11,387 bases of DNA from IMG/VR virus record IMGVR_UViG_2563366866_000006; one strand, given 5' to 3'. Shown piece after piece: positions 6,246 to 11,387 of this stretch. Numbering within the stretch: position 1 is the stretch's first letter; each line of letters begins with the position of its first letter. The notes under the pieces were generated by a model, which made no database searches, was not told the DNA's origin, and was given only the letters and a program-made list of their open reading frames with translations. The translations under genes were made by a program, and so were the position numbers. Source of the stretch: a virus. Lineage: Duplodnaviria; Heunggongvirae; Uroviricota; Caudoviricetes.

Positions 6246-6487
6246 GATGATAATTATTATCATTTTGTGGGTCCTTTCCGGCGATCCGACAGGTTACGGG
6301 GCGGCGACCTCGCGGGTTTTCGCTATTTATGAAAATTTTCCGGTTTAAGGTGTTTCCGTTCTTCTTCGTCGTAACTTAATGTATTTATTTAAAATACCCC
6401 CTGAAAAGAAAGGAAACGACAGGTGCTGAAAGCGAGCTTTTTGGCCTCTGTCGTTTCCTTTCTCTGTTTTTGTCCGTGGAATGAGCA
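6246..6487 (+). other. cos: Lambda-type cos site: cosQ (about 6246-6297), cosN with the 12-nt cohesive end GGGCGGCGACCT at 6298-6309, and cosB with Nu1-binding R elements and an IHF site
   Basis: ...gtgggtcctttccggcgatccgacaggttacg | gggcggcgacct cgcgggttttcgc... matches the lambda right and left termini as I recall them. R3 is at about 6351-6368 (tgtttccgttcttcttcg), R2 inverted at about 6407-6423 (agaaaggaaacgacagg), R1 at about 6448-6464 (ctgtcgtttcctttctc), with an AT-rich IHF-like site between R3 and R2. Nu1 starts 190 bp after cosN, as in lambda. Confidence 0.9.
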
Positions 6488-7007
6488 ATGGAAGTCAACA
6501 AAAAGCAGCTGGCTGACATTTTCGGTGCGAGTATCCGTACCATTCAGAACTGGCAGGAACAGGGAATGCCCGTTCTGCGAGGCGGTGGCAAGGGTAATGA
6601 GGTGCTTTATGACTCTGCCGCCGTCATAAAATGGTATGCCGAAAGGGATTCTGAAATTGAGAACGAAAAGCTGCGCCGGGAGGTTGAAGAACTGCGGCAG
6701 GCCAGCGAGGCAGATCTCCAGCCAGGAACTATTGAGTACGAACGCCATCGACTTACGCGTGCGCAGGCCGACGCACAGGAACTGAAGAATGCCAGAGACT
6801 CCGCTGAAGTGGTGGAAACCGCATTCTGTACTTTCGTGTTGTCGCGGATCGCAGGTGAAATTGCCAGTATTCTCGACGGGCTCCCCCTGTCGGTGCAGCG
6901 GCGTTTTCCGGAACTGGAAAACCGACATGTTGATTTCCTGAAACGGGATATCATCAAAGCCATGAACAAAGCAGCCGCGCTGGATGAACTGATACCGGGG
7001 TTGCTGA

Positions 7008-7033
<26 letters not shown>
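6488..7033 (+). CDS. nu1: Terminase small subunit Nu1
   Basis: 181 aa, MEVNKKQLADIFGASIRTIQNWQEQGMPVLRGGGKGNEVLYDSAAVIKWYAERD..., essentially the lambda Nu1 sequence from memory, with an N-terminal winged-HTH. Confidence 0.97.
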
Positions 7034-10714
<3,681 letters not shown>

Positions 10715-10734
<20 letters not shown>

Positions 10735-11387
10735 TCTCCCGCATATTGCCAGTATGGCCTTTAATGAGCCGCTGATGCTTGAACCCGCCTATGCGCGGGT
10801 TTTCTTTTGTGCGCTTGCAGGCCAGCTTGGGATCAGCCGCCTGACGGATGCGGTATCCGGCGACAGCCTGACTGCCGGAGAGGCACCCGCGGCGCTGGCG
10901 TTATCCGTTGATGATGACGGACCACGACAGGCCCGCAGTTATCAGGTCATGAACGGCATCGCCGTGCTGCCGGTGTCCGGCACGCTGGTCAGTCGGACGC
11001 GAGCGCTGCAGCCGTATTCGGGGATGACCGGTTACAACGGCATTATCGCCCGTCTGCAACAGGCTGCCAGCGACCCGATGGTGGACGGCATTCTGCTCGA
11101 TATGGATACGCCAGGCGGGATGGTGGCAGGGGCATTTGACTGCGCTGACATCATCGCCCGTGTGCGTGACATAAAGCCGGTATGGGCGCTGGCCAACGAC
11201 ATGAACTGCAGTGCAGGTCAGTTGCTTGCCAGTGCCGCCTCCCGGCGTCTGGTCACGCAGACCGCCCGGACAGGCTCCATCGGCGTCATGATGGCTCACA
11301 GTAATTACGGTGCTGCGCTGGAGAAACAGGGTGTGGAAATCACGCTGATTTACAGCGGCAGCCATAAGGTGGATGGCAACCCCTACA
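10715..11387 (+). CDS. C: Head protease / minor capsid protein C (S49-family peptidase), 5' part; the 3' end lies outside the window
   Basis: GTG start at 10715 in frame 2 gives (M)TAELRNLPHIASMAFNEPLMLEPAYARVFF...GVMMAHSNYGAALEKQGVEITLIYSGSHKVDGNP, matching lambda gpC as I recall it. It overlaps the end of B by 20 nt. The reading frame is open to the window end. It is not in the ORF track because it has no stop inside the window. Confidence 0.9.

Noticed and set aside
6389-6928. 179-aa minus-strand ORF overlapping cosB and nu1
   Set aside because: It is antisense to the well-supported Nu1 gene and the cos site. Long antisense ORFs are expected by chance in GC-rich coding sequence.

Overview
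This window is the late region of a lambdoid prophage, almost certainly from E. coli or a close enterobacterial relative, read from the 3' end of the late antiterminator Q gene into the head genes. In order it contains: the C-terminal part of a Q antiterminator (phage 21/82/DLP12 type); an IS200 insertion (tnpA plus its left-end hairpins); a ~2.8 kb cargo segment with a Blc-like lipocalin lipoprotein gene (minus strand), a DUF523(TudS-like)-DUF1722 gene and a very AT-rich AraC-family regulator gene; a phage-21-type lysis cassette (S21-like pinholin with dual start, SAR endolysin, Rz with embedded Rz1); bor on the minus strand; a small YlcI-like ribbon-helix-helix gene; a lambda-type cos site (cosQ, cosN GGGCGGCGACCT, cosB with R3/R2/R1); and lambda-type Nu1, A, W, B and the start of C, with the ATGA start/stop overlaps typical of lambda. 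The most interesting part is the 3.7 kb between Q and the holin, the position where Stx phages carry stx: an IS200 sits at or just after the predicted late promoter, followed by a cargo set I do not recognise as a described phage module. All calls rest on reading the sequence and on recalled protein families; no database search was run, and the IS200 boundaries and promoter assignments are approximate. No tRNA, rRNA or CRISPR array was seen.
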